From contig OZ241986.1 in the NCBI GenBank assembly GCA_965204375.1, forward strand, positions 1,984,001 to 2,048,000: 64,000 nucleotides of DNA. Direction: 5' to 3'. The translations under genes were made by a program, and so were the position numbers. The notes under the pieces are model-generated. The model searched no databases. It worked only from the letters and a program-made list of their open reading frames with translations, and was not told the origin of the DNA. Below are positions 30,154 through 40,947 of this stretch, piece after piece. Position 1 is the first letter of the stretch. Every line of letters begins with the position of its first letter. This DNA is from Candidatus Latescibacterota bacterium. GTDB lineage: Bacteria > Latescibacterota > UBA2968.

Positions 30154-32121
30154 TTATCGGTCTTTCTCTGTGGCTTGCTGCAGTTGCTTCTTCCCCTTTT
30201 CAACCTCTTCCACCGCCGTCATAATCCCCTCAATAAATTCATCTGCTATATCGTCTTTCTGCTTTTGCTGCTGTTCGTAGAGCAAGCGATAGACCTCGCA
30301 CTCTTCTATCAAATCATCGTGGAAACCCCATCCCGCCATGCGACCATTATCCAGCACCAGAATGCGATCTGCCCGCATCGCCGTAGAAATCCGGTGGGTA
30401 ATCACAAACGTCGTGCGCCCCTCCATCAAGTGATCCAGCGTCGCTTGTATTTTCGCCTCTGTCTTTGCATCCAGCGCCGAAGTCGTATCGTCCAAAATCA
30501 GAATACTGGGATCGGTGACAACAGCCATCGCAAAAGCCAGACGCTGTTTTTGACCACCCGATAAATTGGTACCGCGCTCCTCGACCGGCGCTTCGTATTT
30601 TTCTGGCAGCGTCATAATAAAATCGTGCAACTCTGCCGCCTTAGCCGCAGCCATCACCTGCTCGGGCGAAGTATCGGGCTGACCGTAGAGAATATTCTCG
30701 GCAATCGTCCCGGAAAACAGAACGGGTTCCTGGGGCACCATGCTGAGATGCTGTCGCAATGAAGAAATTTTGAGATCTTGTATATCGTAATCATCCAGAA
30801 TAATTTTCCCCTCTGTGGGTTCATAAAGACGCATCAACAAACTAACCAGCGTACTCTTCCCCGACCCCGAAGGCCCAACCACAGCCACCGTCGTGCCCGG
30901 CCGCACGACAAAATTGAGATCTCGAAGAACGTAATCACCCGCCTCTGTATAGCGAAACGACACATTGCGAAACGACACGCGCCCGCGCACCTTGTCGAGG
31001 GTCTTCGCATCTTCCCTATCCCGAATAATCACTTCTTCATCCAGCACCTCAAACACGCGACTGATCACCACCAGCATCTGTTGCAACGTAGCATTCACAT
31101 TGGCAAGAGCAACCAGTGGCGAAAAAAGATTCCCCATCGACATACTAAAATAAACCAATTCCCCAACCGTCATCATACCACCGCGAACCTGCAATGCGCC
31201 ATAATAAAAGATCAGCCCCATTGCAATCCCCCCCACAACCGAGCAAACTGACCCCAGACCAGAACTCAAAACGGACTGTTTGACGCCCAACCGATACAGC
31301 CCGATCAAACGCCTGAAAAAGTCCCGAAACTCCCGTCTTTCTCGCGCATAAGACAGAATGAGGCGAATCCCCTTTGAGCGTTCTTCCAACAGCGCAGAAA
31401 CCTCGCTATAATCTTCTCGAAACCGCATAAAAACATTTGCTATCGGACGCTGAAACACCTTATAGGTTACGACGTACGCGGGCAATGCAACAAAAGCCAT
31501 CAGCGCGAGCTTGACATCAATCGTAAACAGAATCGCCGTACCCATCAAAATGCGCGCGACATGCCGCAGCGTCTCTACAAAAGTCGTCGTAATTTCGCTC
31601 TGCAACAACCCCACATCATCCAAAATACGCGCCATAATCCGCCCGGTTTGCTGGCGATCAAAAAACGTCATCTGCAACTGCTGTACCTTCTCGTGCAGAG
31701 CCAGGCGAATCCGGAAAACAATCCGCTGTCCCACATAGGCGATGCTATACGTATAAAACCAGTTGAGCGTGGCAAAAAACGATCTCACGACCAGATAGAG
31801 AATGAAAATCCACCCCAACCATTCCAGTTTTTCCGTGCGCGTTTTGGGCAGCATTATCCCGCCTTCTTTGCCCAGCCCCGGAATCGTTGCCTGTGGATCT
31901 CGTTTTGGGCGCCTCTCCTCCTGAATCAAAGACTGCATGTGGGCTTCTGAAACAACTTCACCTGCGGGCTTGAGTTGCAAGACTTCGTCAACTGTAATTT
32001 TTGAAATAAACCCGAGCAAAAACGTATAGGACGACGTAATAGTGGCCATCACCATGACCATCAACAAGCGCCCCCAATACGGCTTGATATACAAAATGAT
32101 AAATCGCTTTAAGTTTTCCAT
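30154..32121 (-). CDS. ABC exporter, fused permease/ATPase
   Basis: GPSGSGKS, LSGGQKQR and ILILDDTTSALD. D replaces the catalytic E, as in the degenerate half of a heterodimer. Confidence 0.9.
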   Translation of the reverse strand: MENLKRFIILYIKPYWGRLLMVMVMATITSSYTFLLGFISKITVDEVLQLKPAGEVVSEAHMQSLIQEERRPKRDPQATIPGLGKEGGIMLPKTRTEKLEWLGWIFILYLVVRSFFATLNWFYTYSIAYVGQRIVFRIRLALHEKVQQLQMTFFDRQQTGRIMARILDDVGLLQSEITTTFVETLRHVARILMGTAILFTIDVKLALMAFVALPAYVVTYKVFQRPIANVFMRFREDYSEVSALLEERSKGIRLILSYARERREFRDFFRRLIGLYRLGVKQSVLSSGLGSVCSVVGGIAMGLIFYYGALQVRGGMMTVGELVYFSMSMGNLFSPLVALANVNATLQQMLVVISRVFEVLDEEVIIRDREDAKTLDKVRGRVSFRNVSFRYTEAGDYVLRDLNFVVRPGTTVAVVGPSGSGKSTLVSLLMRLYEPTEGKIILDDYDIQDLKISSLRQHLSMVPQEPVLFSGTIAENILYGQPDTSPEQVMAAAKAAELHDFIMTLPEKYEAPVEERGTNLSGGQKQRLAFAMAVVTDPSILILDDTTSALDAKTEAKIQATLDHLMEGRTTFVITHRISTAMRADRILVLDNGRMAGWGFHDDLIEECEVYRLLYEQQQKQKDDIADEFIEGIMTAVEEVEKGKKQLQQATEKDR

Positions 32122-32125
32122 AATC

Positions 32126-33901
32126 TCAGCTCGCCATAGCCTCTACAGCCTCTTCAATAGAACCCGCAGCCTGCTGTTCGTAAAGCTGGCGATACCTGCC
32201 ATCGGGTATTTGCAACAATTCGCTGTGCGTCCCCTGTTCAATAATCTCGCCGTGGTCCATCACAACAATAATATCCGCATTGACAATCGTCGATAATCGA
32301 TGTGCAATGGCAAAGGACGTGCGCTCCTTTAACACCCTGGTCATCGCCTTTTGTATCAGAGCCTCCGATAGAGAATCGAGTGACGAAGTCGCTTCATCCA
32401 GAATTAAAACCGCCGGATTAGTCAACACGGCTCTCGCGATGGCGAGACGCTGTTTCTCTCCTACAGACAGCTTGATGCCATCTTTTCCCAACATCGAATC
32501 ATATCCCTCGGGCGTACGCATAATAAATTCGTGAATCTCGGCAATGCGTGCCGCCTCGATCAACTCTGCCTCTGTGGCATCTGCCCGCCCATATAGCAAA
32601 TTCTCCCGAATCGTCCCATCAAACATCACCGAATCTTGCAACACCTGTCCAATTTGCGTGCGCAAGGTCCGCAACTTCACATCTCTCAAATCGTGGCCAT
32701 CAATAGTAATACGCCCTTCCTTCACATCGTAAAAGCGCATCAACAAACTCGTCAACGTCGTCTTACCACATCCCGTATGTCCCACCAGTGCAACCATCTG
32801 TCCCGGCTGCACCTCGAGGTTGATCCCCTTCAAAACAGGCTCATCCTCTTTGTACTCAAAATGCACATCTTCAAATTTAATATGTCCTTTTATCGCCGGC
32901 AATTCGACAGCATCTTCCTTGTCCGCAATCTCTATGGGAAAATCTAAAATTTCCAAAACGCGATCCACAGACACCATCACGGCTTGCAGACGCATGGCTA
33001 TTTGCGTGAGATTGAGAATGGGCTGAAACATCCGGCTCGAATAAGAAAAAAAGGCCATCACAGCCCCATAAGTCATTTCACCCTCAATCACGTAATAACA
33101 GCCCAAACAAAAAATCACCGTATTGCGCAATCCCGATACCCCCCAGGACCCCGCCATATAGCCAGCGCGATTTGTGGCAGTCTGCATCGCCGCATCCAAA
33201 CTCTGGTGCGTATCCTCTGCAAATGCGCGGTGTTCTCTGCGTTCCCGTCCATAAGATTTTACCAGTTGCACCCCGGCCAACCGCTCTTGCAGCCCAACCG
33301 ACACCTGGTCCATCTTCCTGCGCCAGAGACTGAACGACTCCCGCATTGGCGTGCGCCACCCATAATAATTGAAAAAATACAGGGGCATCAGCAAAAGCAG
33401 CAAACACCCCATCTTCCAATTCAACCCCATGCACAGCGCAAGCGCCACCCAAAACGATACAAAATCAACGAGAATGCCCAGCATACGCGACGTCACCATA
33501 CTGCGCACACTCGCAATATCAGACATAATGCGCGACATAATCTTACCCGTACCCATCTCGTCGTAAAAGCGCATGGGCAATTTCAACATATATTCATAAG
33601 TGTGCTTCCGCATAAACGTCGTTATCCCCCACCCCACATACGCATTGGTGAATGAGACCCAAACGCGCATCGCAGCGGACGTGATAGGCAGGCAAATCGA
33701 AATAAACAAAAGCACTTCCAGCAAGTGCCAATTGCCCATGGTAATGACATCATCGATGATAAACTTCATCACCAGCGGGGGCAGCATGCTCAGTGCCGTC
33801 ATCGTCGCTGTCAGACAAAACAGCAAGATCAGGCGCGATTTGTAAGGGATGACAAAATGCGCGAGCTTGCGCAACTTGTCGGTATTGCTCTCATCTGCCA
33901 T
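32126..33901 (-). CDS. ABC exporter, fused permease/ATPase (heterodimer partner)
   Basis: GHTGCGKT, LSVGEKQR (non-canonical signature) and ILDEATSSLD. Confidence 0.9.
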   Translation of the reverse strand: MADESNTDKLRKLAHFVIPYKSRLILLFCLTATMTALSMLPPLVMKFIIDDVITMGNWHLLEVLLFISICLPITSAAMRVWVSFTNAYVGWGITTFMRKHTYEYMLKLPMRFYDEMGTGKIMSRIMSDIASVRSMVTSRMLGILVDFVSFWVALALCMGLNWKMGCLLLLLMPLYFFNYYGWRTPMRESFSLWRRKMDQVSVGLQERLAGVQLVKSYGRERREHRAFAEDTHQSLDAAMQTATNRAGYMAGSWGVSGLRNTVIFCLGCYYVIEGEMTYGAVMAFFSYSSRMFQPILNLTQIAMRLQAVMVSVDRVLEILDFPIEIADKEDAVELPAIKGHIKFEDVHFEYKEDEPVLKGINLEVQPGQMVALVGHTGCGKTTLTSLLMRFYDVKEGRITIDGHDLRDVKLRTLRTQIGQVLQDSVMFDGTIRENLLYGRADATEAELIEAARIAEIHEFIMRTPEGYDSMLGKDGIKLSVGEKQRLAIARAVLTNPAVLILDEATSSLDSLSEALIQKAMTRVLKERTSFAIAHRLSTIVNADIIVVMDHGEIIEQGTHSELLQIPDGRYRQLYEQQAAGSIEEAVEAMAS

Positions 33902-34067
33902 ATCGATCTCATCTCAAAAATAAGTTGCAGATTTTTGGATCCCGACGCTTCTTTATTTCTGCATCATCAGGCAATCATAAATAATGTTTAAGAACAGATA
34001 TAGAAATATAAAGATACCTTTTAATTAAATCAAGCCCCTCTCATCCGATAGGCCTGCATCTTCAGCC

Positions 34068-35351
34068 ATGAAAAATCTCTCAACAATGACCATCGCGCAA
34101 ATTCGCGACCATATCAAATCTGTCAATCGCCCTGACGAAGCATACCTCCGCACACTCGAACAGGACCCCCGCGCTGGTGTTCGCGCAATCGCAGAACAGA
34201 TGAGAAAAAAGCAAAAAGCACAAGTCCGTGAAAACGCGCGCCTCGAACAAATGCTCATTATAGAAAAAAAACTCAAAGAACGGGGCATCCAGCACATCGC
34301 AGGCGTAGATGAAGCCGGGCGAGGCCCCCTCGCAGGTCCCGTTGTCGCCGCCGCGGTTATCCTCCCGCCAGATACACTCATTCCCGGTTTAAACGATTCC
34401 AAAGCACTATCCGAAAAACGCAGGGAAGAACTTTTTGAAACCATTCACAATATAGCCCTCGCCATTGGCGTGGGCAAAGCATCTCCGCAAGAAATAGACA
34501 AATACAACATCCGCAACGCCACCCACCATGCCATGTGCGAGGCACTCGCCGCCCTCAGCATCTCGCCCGACCGCGTACTCATCGATGGCAATGCCATCCC
34601 GGGCAGTCCATTCCCCGAACAAGCGGTCATAGGCGGTGATCGTAAGTCGCTTTCTATCGCCGCCGCGTCTGTCATTGCCAAAGTAACGCGCGATCGCCTG
34701 ATGATCGATTACCACGCGCAATACCCCGCTTATGGCTTTGCCGGTCACAAGGGATACGGTAGTGCCGATCACCTCGCCGCCTTGCAAAAACACGGTCCCT
34801 GTCCTATCCACCGCCAATCTTTTCAAGGCGTCCTTGAAGCTAGGCGCTCTGGAGACTTTAAAATTTTTGCCAAAGGCATTCGCGCAGCGATGAACCTCGA
34901 CCAACTTCAAGCCATAGGAAAAACCATTGCCAGTGCCAGCAAACATATCCCCCAGGATGACGTACACGCCCTGCGCATGCTATTTCGCAAACAACGCACC
35001 CGCCTGCTACAATCCGGTCCCAAAGGCGAACAATTGGCAGAAAAATTTCTAAAACAAAAAGGATATAGCATTCGCGTGCGCGGATTTCGCGCCCTGGGCG
35101 GTGAAATCGACATCATTGCAGTAAAAAACAACATCCTGATCTTTGTCGAAGTCAAAACCGCGACCACCTCGCATTTTGGGCAACCAGAAGTCTGGGTAAC
35201 GCCCGCCAAGCAAGCGCAAATTATCAAAGTTGCCCAAGCCTACCTGCACCAACACCCCGACCACGCGGCACCGAGATTTGACGTCATCGCCATTGACCTG
35301 ACACAATCGCGCCCTGTCATCCGCCACTACGAAAACGCTTTTACAGCTTAG
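34068..35351 (+). CDS. rnhB: Ribonuclease HII fused to a C-terminal YraN (UPF0102) nuclease-like domain
   Basis: GVDEAGRGPLAGPV, DSK, SIAAASVIAKVTRD and HKGYG. The same frame continues into GEQLAEKFL...GEIDIIA...FVEVK...RFDVIAI. Confidence 0.9.
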   Translation: MKNLSTMTIAQIRDHIKSVNRPDEAYLRTLEQDPRAGVRAIAEQMRKKQKAQVRENARLEQMLIIEKKLKERGIQHIAGVDEAGRGPLAGPVVAAAVILPPDTLIPGLNDSKALSEKRREELFETIHNIALAIGVGKASPQEIDKYNIRNATHHAMCEALAALSISPDRVLIDGNAIPGSPFPEQAVIGGDRKSLSIAAASVIAKVTRDRLMIDYHAQYPAYGFAGHKGYGSADHLAALQKHGPCPIHRQSFQGVLEARRSGDFKIFAKGIRAAMNLDQLQAIGKTIASASKHIPQDDVHALRMLFRKQRTRLLQSGPKGEQLAEKFLKQKGYSIRVRGFRALGGEIDIIAVKNNILIFVEVKTATTSHFGQPEVWVTPAKQAQIIKVAQAYLHQHPDHAAPRFDVIAIDLTQSRPVIRHYENAFTA

Positions 35352-35450
35352 ATCAACCCCTAAATTTCCCTCTTAAACCTTGACAATACCCTCTCTTACC
35401 TTTATTTTCGTTTTCTATTATAAAAAATAATTTGCAACGGATACACACCC

Positions 35451-36743
35451 ATGCCACAGTTAATTCCCAAAGTAAAAGGCACCCGCGATTTTTATCCCGA
35501 AGATTGGGCCTACCAGAAATGGCTCTGCGAGAAATTTATCGGCGTTGGCGACCTCTTCGGATACAGAGAATACGAAAGCACAATACTCGAATACATGGCC
35601 CTCTACCTGGGCAAAAGCAGCGAAGAAATCGTCACACAACAGACATTCACGCTATCTGATCGGGACGACAAACAACTCGTCATGCGCCCAGAACTCACGC
35701 CCACACTCGCGCGCATGGTCGCCCAAAAAGAAGGCGAACTCACCTTTCCTATCCGCTGGCAATCCTACGGCCGGTTCTTCCGCTACGAGCGCCCCCAACG
35801 CGGTCGCGGCCGTTCCTTTTTTCAATGGAATATCGACGCGCTCGGCAGCGATAGCTATCTGGCCGACGCCGAAATAATCACCATAGCTTGCACGCTATTC
35901 AAACACCTCGACCTCACGACCGAACACGCTACCATCAGAGTCAACGACCGACAGGCCCTCGAAATTTTAATCTCTAAAAAACTGGATTTGTCGCCCGAGA
36001 ACATCAGACCCGTTTTGGGAGCCATTGACCGCATAGACAAAATGCCCGAGGAAAAATTCCGCACCTATCTCGCCGATGATCTGGATCTCAGTACAGATCA
36101 AATCGATACCCTCTACGAAATCCTTCAAACGGCAGATCTGACATTTTCCCCCTGGCTCCAGCGCATATTTGAGCAACTCGACAAAAATGATGTCATGGAC
36201 TTTGTAAAACTCGATCTCAAAATCGTGCGCGGTTTTGACTACTATACGCGCACGGTATTTGAAGCATGGGCCAAAACCTCATTGCGCCGTGCCCTCTTTG
36301 GAGGAGGTCGTTACGACAATCTCACGCGCCAGGTGGGCGGCAAACGCCAGGTACCGGGCGTGGGATTTGCAGTCGGCGATATGGCCATCACCGAATTGCT
36401 GAAAGAAATAGACATTTATCCCCAACTCGAAACGCCCGGCGCCCGCGTCTTTGTTACGGTATTCTCAGAAGACCTGCTCACCCAATCGTCTTCTTTTGCC
36501 GAAAAACTGCGCCAGGAGGGTATCGCAACAGAACTTCACCTTATTCCGGGACAGCGTCTCGACAGACAATTCAAATATGCAGATCGTCAAAATATTCCCT
36601 TTGCAGCGGTTATTGGGCCAGATGAAGCATCTGCAAATACCATCGTACTCAAAGACCTCAAAGCGCGCGCACAACAAATTTTTTCACAAAACGACCTGTG
36701 CGCGATAAAAACAACGCTTAAAAACGGAATTACCAAAGCGTAG
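35451..36743 (+). CDS. hisS: Histidyl-tRNA synthetase
   Basis: KGTRDF, RPELT, FRYERPQRGR, RGFDYY and GGGRYD motifs. Confidence 0.96.
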   Translation: MPQLIPKVKGTRDFYPEDWAYQKWLCEKFIGVGDLFGYREYESTILEYMALYLGKSSEEIVTQQTFTLSDRDDKQLVMRPELTPTLARMVAQKEGELTFPIRWQSYGRFFRYERPQRGRGRSFFQWNIDALGSDSYLADAEIITIACTLFKHLDLTTEHATIRVNDRQALEILISKKLDLSPENIRPVLGAIDRIDKMPEEKFRTYLADDLDLSTDQIDTLYEILQTADLTFSPWLQRIFEQLDKNDVMDFVKLDLKIVRGFDYYTRTVFEAWAKTSLRRALFGGGRYDNLTRQVGGKRQVPGVGFAVGDMAITELLKEIDIYPQLETPGARVFVTVFSEDLLTQSSSFAEKLRQEGIATELHLIPGQRLDRQFKYADRQNIPFAAVIGPDEASANTIVLKDLKARAQQIFSQNDLCAIKTTLKNGITKA

Positions 36744-36752
36744 GAGATAGAC

Positions 36753-38528
36753 ATGTCAGAGTCGCTCGGCGACTGGAAACGCACGCACAACTGCGGCGAA
36801 TTGCGCATCGAAAATGTAGGCGAAGAAGTCTGCCTGATGGGGTGGGTTGGCAAAAGACGCGACCACGGAGGCGTCATATTTGTCGATTTGCGCGACCGAT
36901 ACGGCATCACCCAGGTGGTCTTTCGTCCCGATCTCGAAGAAGAGACACACGCCATTGCCGAAAAAATTCGCAACGAATTTGTCCTCGCAATAAAAGGCAG
37001 AGTTGAGCCGCGCCCAGAAGGCATGACAAATCCCAAATTACCCACCGGTGCCATCGACATCGAATGTTCAGATCTGCGTCTTCTCAACGAAGCGGACACC
37101 CCGCCATTTGCCATAGAACCCGACATCGACGTCAACGAAGAACTGCGCTTGCGCTATCGCTACCTCGATCTGCGCCGCCCCGACATGCAACAAGCCCTGT
37201 TCTTGAGACATAATGCCGCACAGGAAACGCGCAAATATTTAATCACTCAGGGCTTTCTCGAAATCGAAACCCCCTTCCTCATGAAAAGCACACCCGAAGG
37301 TGCAAGAGATTATCTCGTTCCCTCTCGCGTTCAAATAGGCAACTTCTATGCCCTGCCCCAATCGCCTCAAACCTACAAGCAGTTGCTCATGATCGCCGGC
37401 TATGATCGCTACTTTCAAATCGTGCGCTGCTTCCGCGATGAAGACTTGCGGGGCGACCGCCAGCCCGAGTTTACCCAAATTGACATAGAAATGGCATTTG
37501 CCACAGAAACCGATGTCATGCAACTCGCAGAAGGGCTTACGCGGCACCTGTTTGAACATGTCATAGGCTTTGATATCCCCTCTCCCATACCACAGATGAC
37601 CTATCGCGAGGCGATTGACCGCTTTGGAACTGATCGTCCGGATACGCGCTTCGGCCTCGAAATCGTCGATATTGCAAAAGCAGCTCTCGCTTCGGAATTT
37701 CGGGTCTTTAGATCCGTAATTGATTCCGGTGGGCAAGTCCGCGCCATTAATGCCAAAGGATGTGCAAACTACTCGCGCAAACAAATCGACGACCTCACGG
37801 CTTTTGTTGCACAACAAGGTGCTAAGGGACTCGCCTGGATTAAAGTGACAGACCAGGGGCTTGAATCATCAATTGTCAAGTTCTTTCCCGATCAGGCCCA
37901 ACAAATGCTCAGAGAATTACTCGACGCACAGACGGGAGACCTGCTTTTATTTGTCGCTGATCAACCCGCAGTTGTCGCAAACGCACTGGGCAACCTGCGC
38001 TTAGAACTCGCACGGCAACAAGACCTTATGGAGACCGGCGATTTTAGTTTTTTATGGGTGACGCAGTTCCCCCTTCTCGAATTTGATGACGTTGAAAAAC
38101 GCTACATCGCCTGTCACCATCCGTTTACATCCCCCATGGAAGCGGACCTCAATGAGCTGGAAACAGCCCCGGGTGATGTTCGCGCCAGAGCTTATGATCT
38201 CGTTCTCAATGGCAACGAAATCGCTGGCGGAAGTATTCGTATCCACCACAGAGAAATCCAGGAGCGCGTATTTCGCATGTTGGGGATATCCGAAAGCGAG
38301 TCGCGGGAAAAATTCGGCTTCCTACTCGACGCCTTTCGATACGGTGCGCCTCCCCATGGCGGCATCGCGTTTGGATACGACCGCCTGGTCGCCCTCATGG
38401 CGGGCAAAGCATTTATCCGCGATGTCATTCCATTTCCGAAAACCAATACAGCGGCATCGCTCATGGATGGGGCACCATCTATAGTAGATTCCGGCCAACT
38501 CCGCGAACTCGGTTTGCGATTATTGTAA
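36753..38528 (+). CDS. aspS: Aspartyl-tRNA synthetase
   Basis: RTHNCGEL, RRDHGG, TPEGARDY, ALPQSPQ and GAPPHGGIAFG motifs. Confidence 0.97.
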   Translation: MSESLGDWKRTHNCGELRIENVGEEVCLMGWVGKRRDHGGVIFVDLRDRYGITQVVFRPDLEEETHAIAEKIRNEFVLAIKGRVEPRPEGMTNPKLPTGAIDIECSDLRLLNEADTPPFAIEPDIDVNEELRLRYRYLDLRRPDMQQALFLRHNAAQETRKYLITQGFLEIETPFLMKSTPEGARDYLVPSRVQIGNFYALPQSPQTYKQLLMIAGYDRYFQIVRCFRDEDLRGDRQPEFTQIDIEMAFATETDVMQLAEGLTRHLFEHVIGFDIPSPIPQMTYREAIDRFGTDRPDTRFGLEIVDIAKAALASEFRVFRSVIDSGGQVRAINAKGCANYSRKQIDDLTAFVAQQGAKGLAWIKVTDQGLESSIVKFFPDQAQQMLRELLDAQTGDLLLFVADQPAVVANALGNLRLELARQQDLMETGDFSFLWVTQFPLLEFDDVEKRYIACHHPFTSPMEADLNELETAPGDVRARAYDLVLNGNEIAGGSIRIHHREIQERVFRMLGISESESREKFGFLLDAFRYGAPPHGGIAFGYDRLVALMAGKAFIRDVIPFPKTNTAASLMDGAPSIVDSGQLRELGLRLL

Positions 38529-38685
38529 TCACAGCGGGCTAAAACGCATTCAAAACTTTTTCTTGACTTTCTGTATTTTATGTAGTACTTTTTCTAAAAG
38601 TTGTATTATCAGGATTTTTGGTTTTGCTTTAAACTCTTGATAATTTAAATACTTATGCCAATATTTCTGAGGAGGCAGTCGGGTT

Positions 38686-38931
38686 ATGAAAAGACTCAAA
38701 AAAGCGGCAGGTTGTGGGCTGTTACTCGTTCTGTTATCTGGATGTTGCGCGCCAATGGCCTCAAGATCGCAACTCCAAATGCTTGAAGAAGCGCGTAAAG
38801 CCGCAGAATCGGCTGAAGCCGACCTCGCAGCTTGTAAGCAACACAGGGCTGAGTTAGAACGCCAATTGGCACAGAAAAAACAGGTTCTGGCCGAGTGGCA
38901 AAATATCTTAAGTCAGTGCAACAGGTCTTGA
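38686..38931 (+). CDS. Small coiled-coil lipoprotein
   Basis: Signal peptide with an LSGC lipobox and a GGAGG RBS. Confidence 0.7.
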   Translation: MKRLKKAAGCGLLLVLLSGCCAPMASRSQLQMLEEARKAAESAEADLAACKQHRAELERQLAQKKQVLAEWQNILSQCNRS

Positions 38932-38973
38932 GCCAGTAATTTTCTTTATGGTGTGTGGAAAGGAGTTGGTCGG

Positions 38974-39822
38974 ATGACAGATTTGAAGCGTTTTGGGTTC
39001 TTTCTCGTTTGTTGTGCAGTCGCCCTTTTGGTTTTTCCTCAAAAGGGAATTGCCCAGATGGAAATGACCATGACCTATGATGAATACAGAATGAAACTTA
39101 CAGAACAGGAGCAACGGCTTGCAGGACTTAAACAGACTCTGCTTGAATGCCAAACTGCATCTAATGACCTTTCTAACCAGATTTCGAGCCTGGATACCCA
39201 GATCAGTGAAATCAAACAGCAAGTCTATAGTCTTGTTGAGTCCAATGAAGCAGGGGTCAACGAATATATGCAAGAACTCGGCCGCATTGAAGGCCGCCTC
39301 ATGGGCTTGCGCAGCCTGGCGGAAGATGCCCTGTTTGAAGTTCGAGATGAAATTGATCAAATAGAAGCCCGCGTATCAGAGCTTAAAGCAGACAAAATAG
39401 CCTGTTTTCCAGCTGCACAGGCAAAACTGGCCAGTATTGATCAATTACTCGAGCAAGTCAAAGCGCGAATGCCTCGCAAGCGCATTCGGCAATATTCGGT
39501 TGTCAGAGGTGATAATCTCTGGAGAATCGCCAAAAAAGACGATATTTACGGCGATCCTTATCTCTGGCCCCGTATCTACGTTGAAAACCGGGAAAAAATT
39601 AAACATCCCGATCTAATTTATCCCAAATGGGTTCTCAACATTCCTTTTGGCGTCGATATCAATCAACATCTCGTGATGAGTGGCGAAAACCTCTCGTCTA
39701 TTGCTGGCAAGGTGTACAATGACGTCACCAAATGGAATCGGATCTACCAGGCCAACAAAACACAGATCTTTGATCCGAGTATGATTTTCCCAGCTCAAGT
39801 ATTCGATATTCCAGCAAACTGA
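38974..39822 (+). CDS. Secreted coiled-coil protein with two LysM domains
   Basis: Signal peptide, YSVVRGDNLWRIA...WPRIY and GENLSSIA...WNRIYQAN. Confidence 0.88.
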   Translation: MTDLKRFGFFLVCCAVALLVFPQKGIAQMEMTMTYDEYRMKLTEQEQRLAGLKQTLLECQTASNDLSNQISSLDTQISEIKQQVYSLVESNEAGVNEYMQELGRIEGRLMGLRSLAEDALFEVRDEIDQIEARVSELKADKIACFPAAQAKLASIDQLLEQVKARMPRKRIRQYSVVRGDNLWRIAKKDDIYGDPYLWPRIYVENREKIKHPDLIYPKWVLNIPFGVDINQHLVMSGENLSSIAGKVYNDVTKWNRIYQANKTQIFDPSMIFPAQVFDIPAN

Positions 39823-39904
39823 CCTCAACCTTTTCGATCCCAGAATTTGGATCTTTCATAAAGCCAATGGAAGGTTCATCTATCAACCTCTAACTCAAAA
39901 ATAG

Positions 39905-39950
39905 AACTCTCATTCCCGTAGTCTGTTTGGGAATGAGAGTTTTCTTTTTT
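39905..39950 (+). terminator. Hairpin/terminator upstream of phoH
   Basis: AACTCTCATTCCC...GGGAATGAGAGTT 13-bp stem with a T-rich tail. Confidence 0.55.
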
Positions 39951-39963
39951 AAATACTCAAATC

Positions 39964-40947
39964 GTGGAAAATAGAGAACTCTCCCATAGACTATCTTTGC
40001 GCGGTGTTGATCTCCTATCGTTATACGGTCACAACGATGCAAATTTGCTCGCCCTTGAAGACCGCTATGGCGTGCGTTTAACCGCCCGCGGGGATCAGCT
40101 AAATGTTCAGGGACCACAACACAAAGTTCAACACGTCTCTGGTCTATTAGAAGAAATGATTTCCTGCCTTCGGCGCGGCGATCAGTTTGACCCTCTACAC
40201 CTGCTTGCGCCACCGCCAGAAAATTGCGAATCTGAAATTGGCGAATACGCAAAGCCCATTCTTTCAACACCCAAAATTCTCATTCGCCCCCGCTCACGGA
40301 CTCAGGTCACTTACTCGGCAGCGATAGAAAACTACGATATTGTTTTCGGCATTGGGCCTGCGGGCACGGGCAAAACTTATCTGGCTGTTGCTGCAGCTGT
40401 TGCTGCACTGAAAAGCAAACACATCTCCAGAATTATCCTGACGCGCCCGGCCGTAGAAGCTGGAGAAACCCTGGGATTTCTTCCGGGAGATATACAGGAT
40501 AAAGTCGATCCCTATCTCCGCCCTCTCTACGACGCGCTGCGCGACATGCTACCCGATACACAATTGCAACACCTCATGGAGATGCGCACACTTGAAATTG
40601 CACCGCTTGCATTTATGAGAGGACGCACTTTAAATAACGCATTTGTCATCCTAGACGAGGCCCAAAATACCACCATCAACCAGATGAAAATGTTTCTTAC
40701 CCGCCTGGGCAACAATGCCAAGGCTGTGATTACAGGTGATATAACACAAATAGACTTGCCGCCGGATATTAAGTCTGGACTTATACACGTCCAGCACATC
40801 CTGTCTCATATAGAAGCCATTAAATTCGTCAACTTTTCAGAAAAAGATGTTGTACGACACCCACTGGTTCAAAAAATTATAACAGCTTATGAGCAAAGCG
40901 AACATGCCCATGAACCAGAGGGAGAAGAGGCACAGCCAAGGCCATGA
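39964..40947 (+). CDS. phoH: PhoH-family ATPase (YbeZ-type)
   Basis: GPAGTGKT, RPAVEAGE.LGFLPG, MRGRTL and DEAQN motifs. Confidence 0.93.
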   Translation: MENRELSHRLSLRGVDLLSLYGHNDANLLALEDRYGVRLTARGDQLNVQGPQHKVQHVSGLLEEMISCLRRGDQFDPLHLLAPPPENCESEIGEYAKPILSTPKILIRPRSRTQVTYSAAIENYDIVFGIGPAGTGKTYLAVAAAVAALKSKHISRIILTRPAVEAGETLGFLPGDIQDKVDPYLRPLYDALRDMLPDTQLQHLMEMRTLEIAPLAFMRGRTLNNAFVILDEAQNTTINQMKMFLTRLGNNAKAVITGDITQIDLPPDIKSGLIHVQHILSHIEAIKFVNFSEKDVVRHPLVQKIITAYEQSEHAHEPEGEEAQPRP

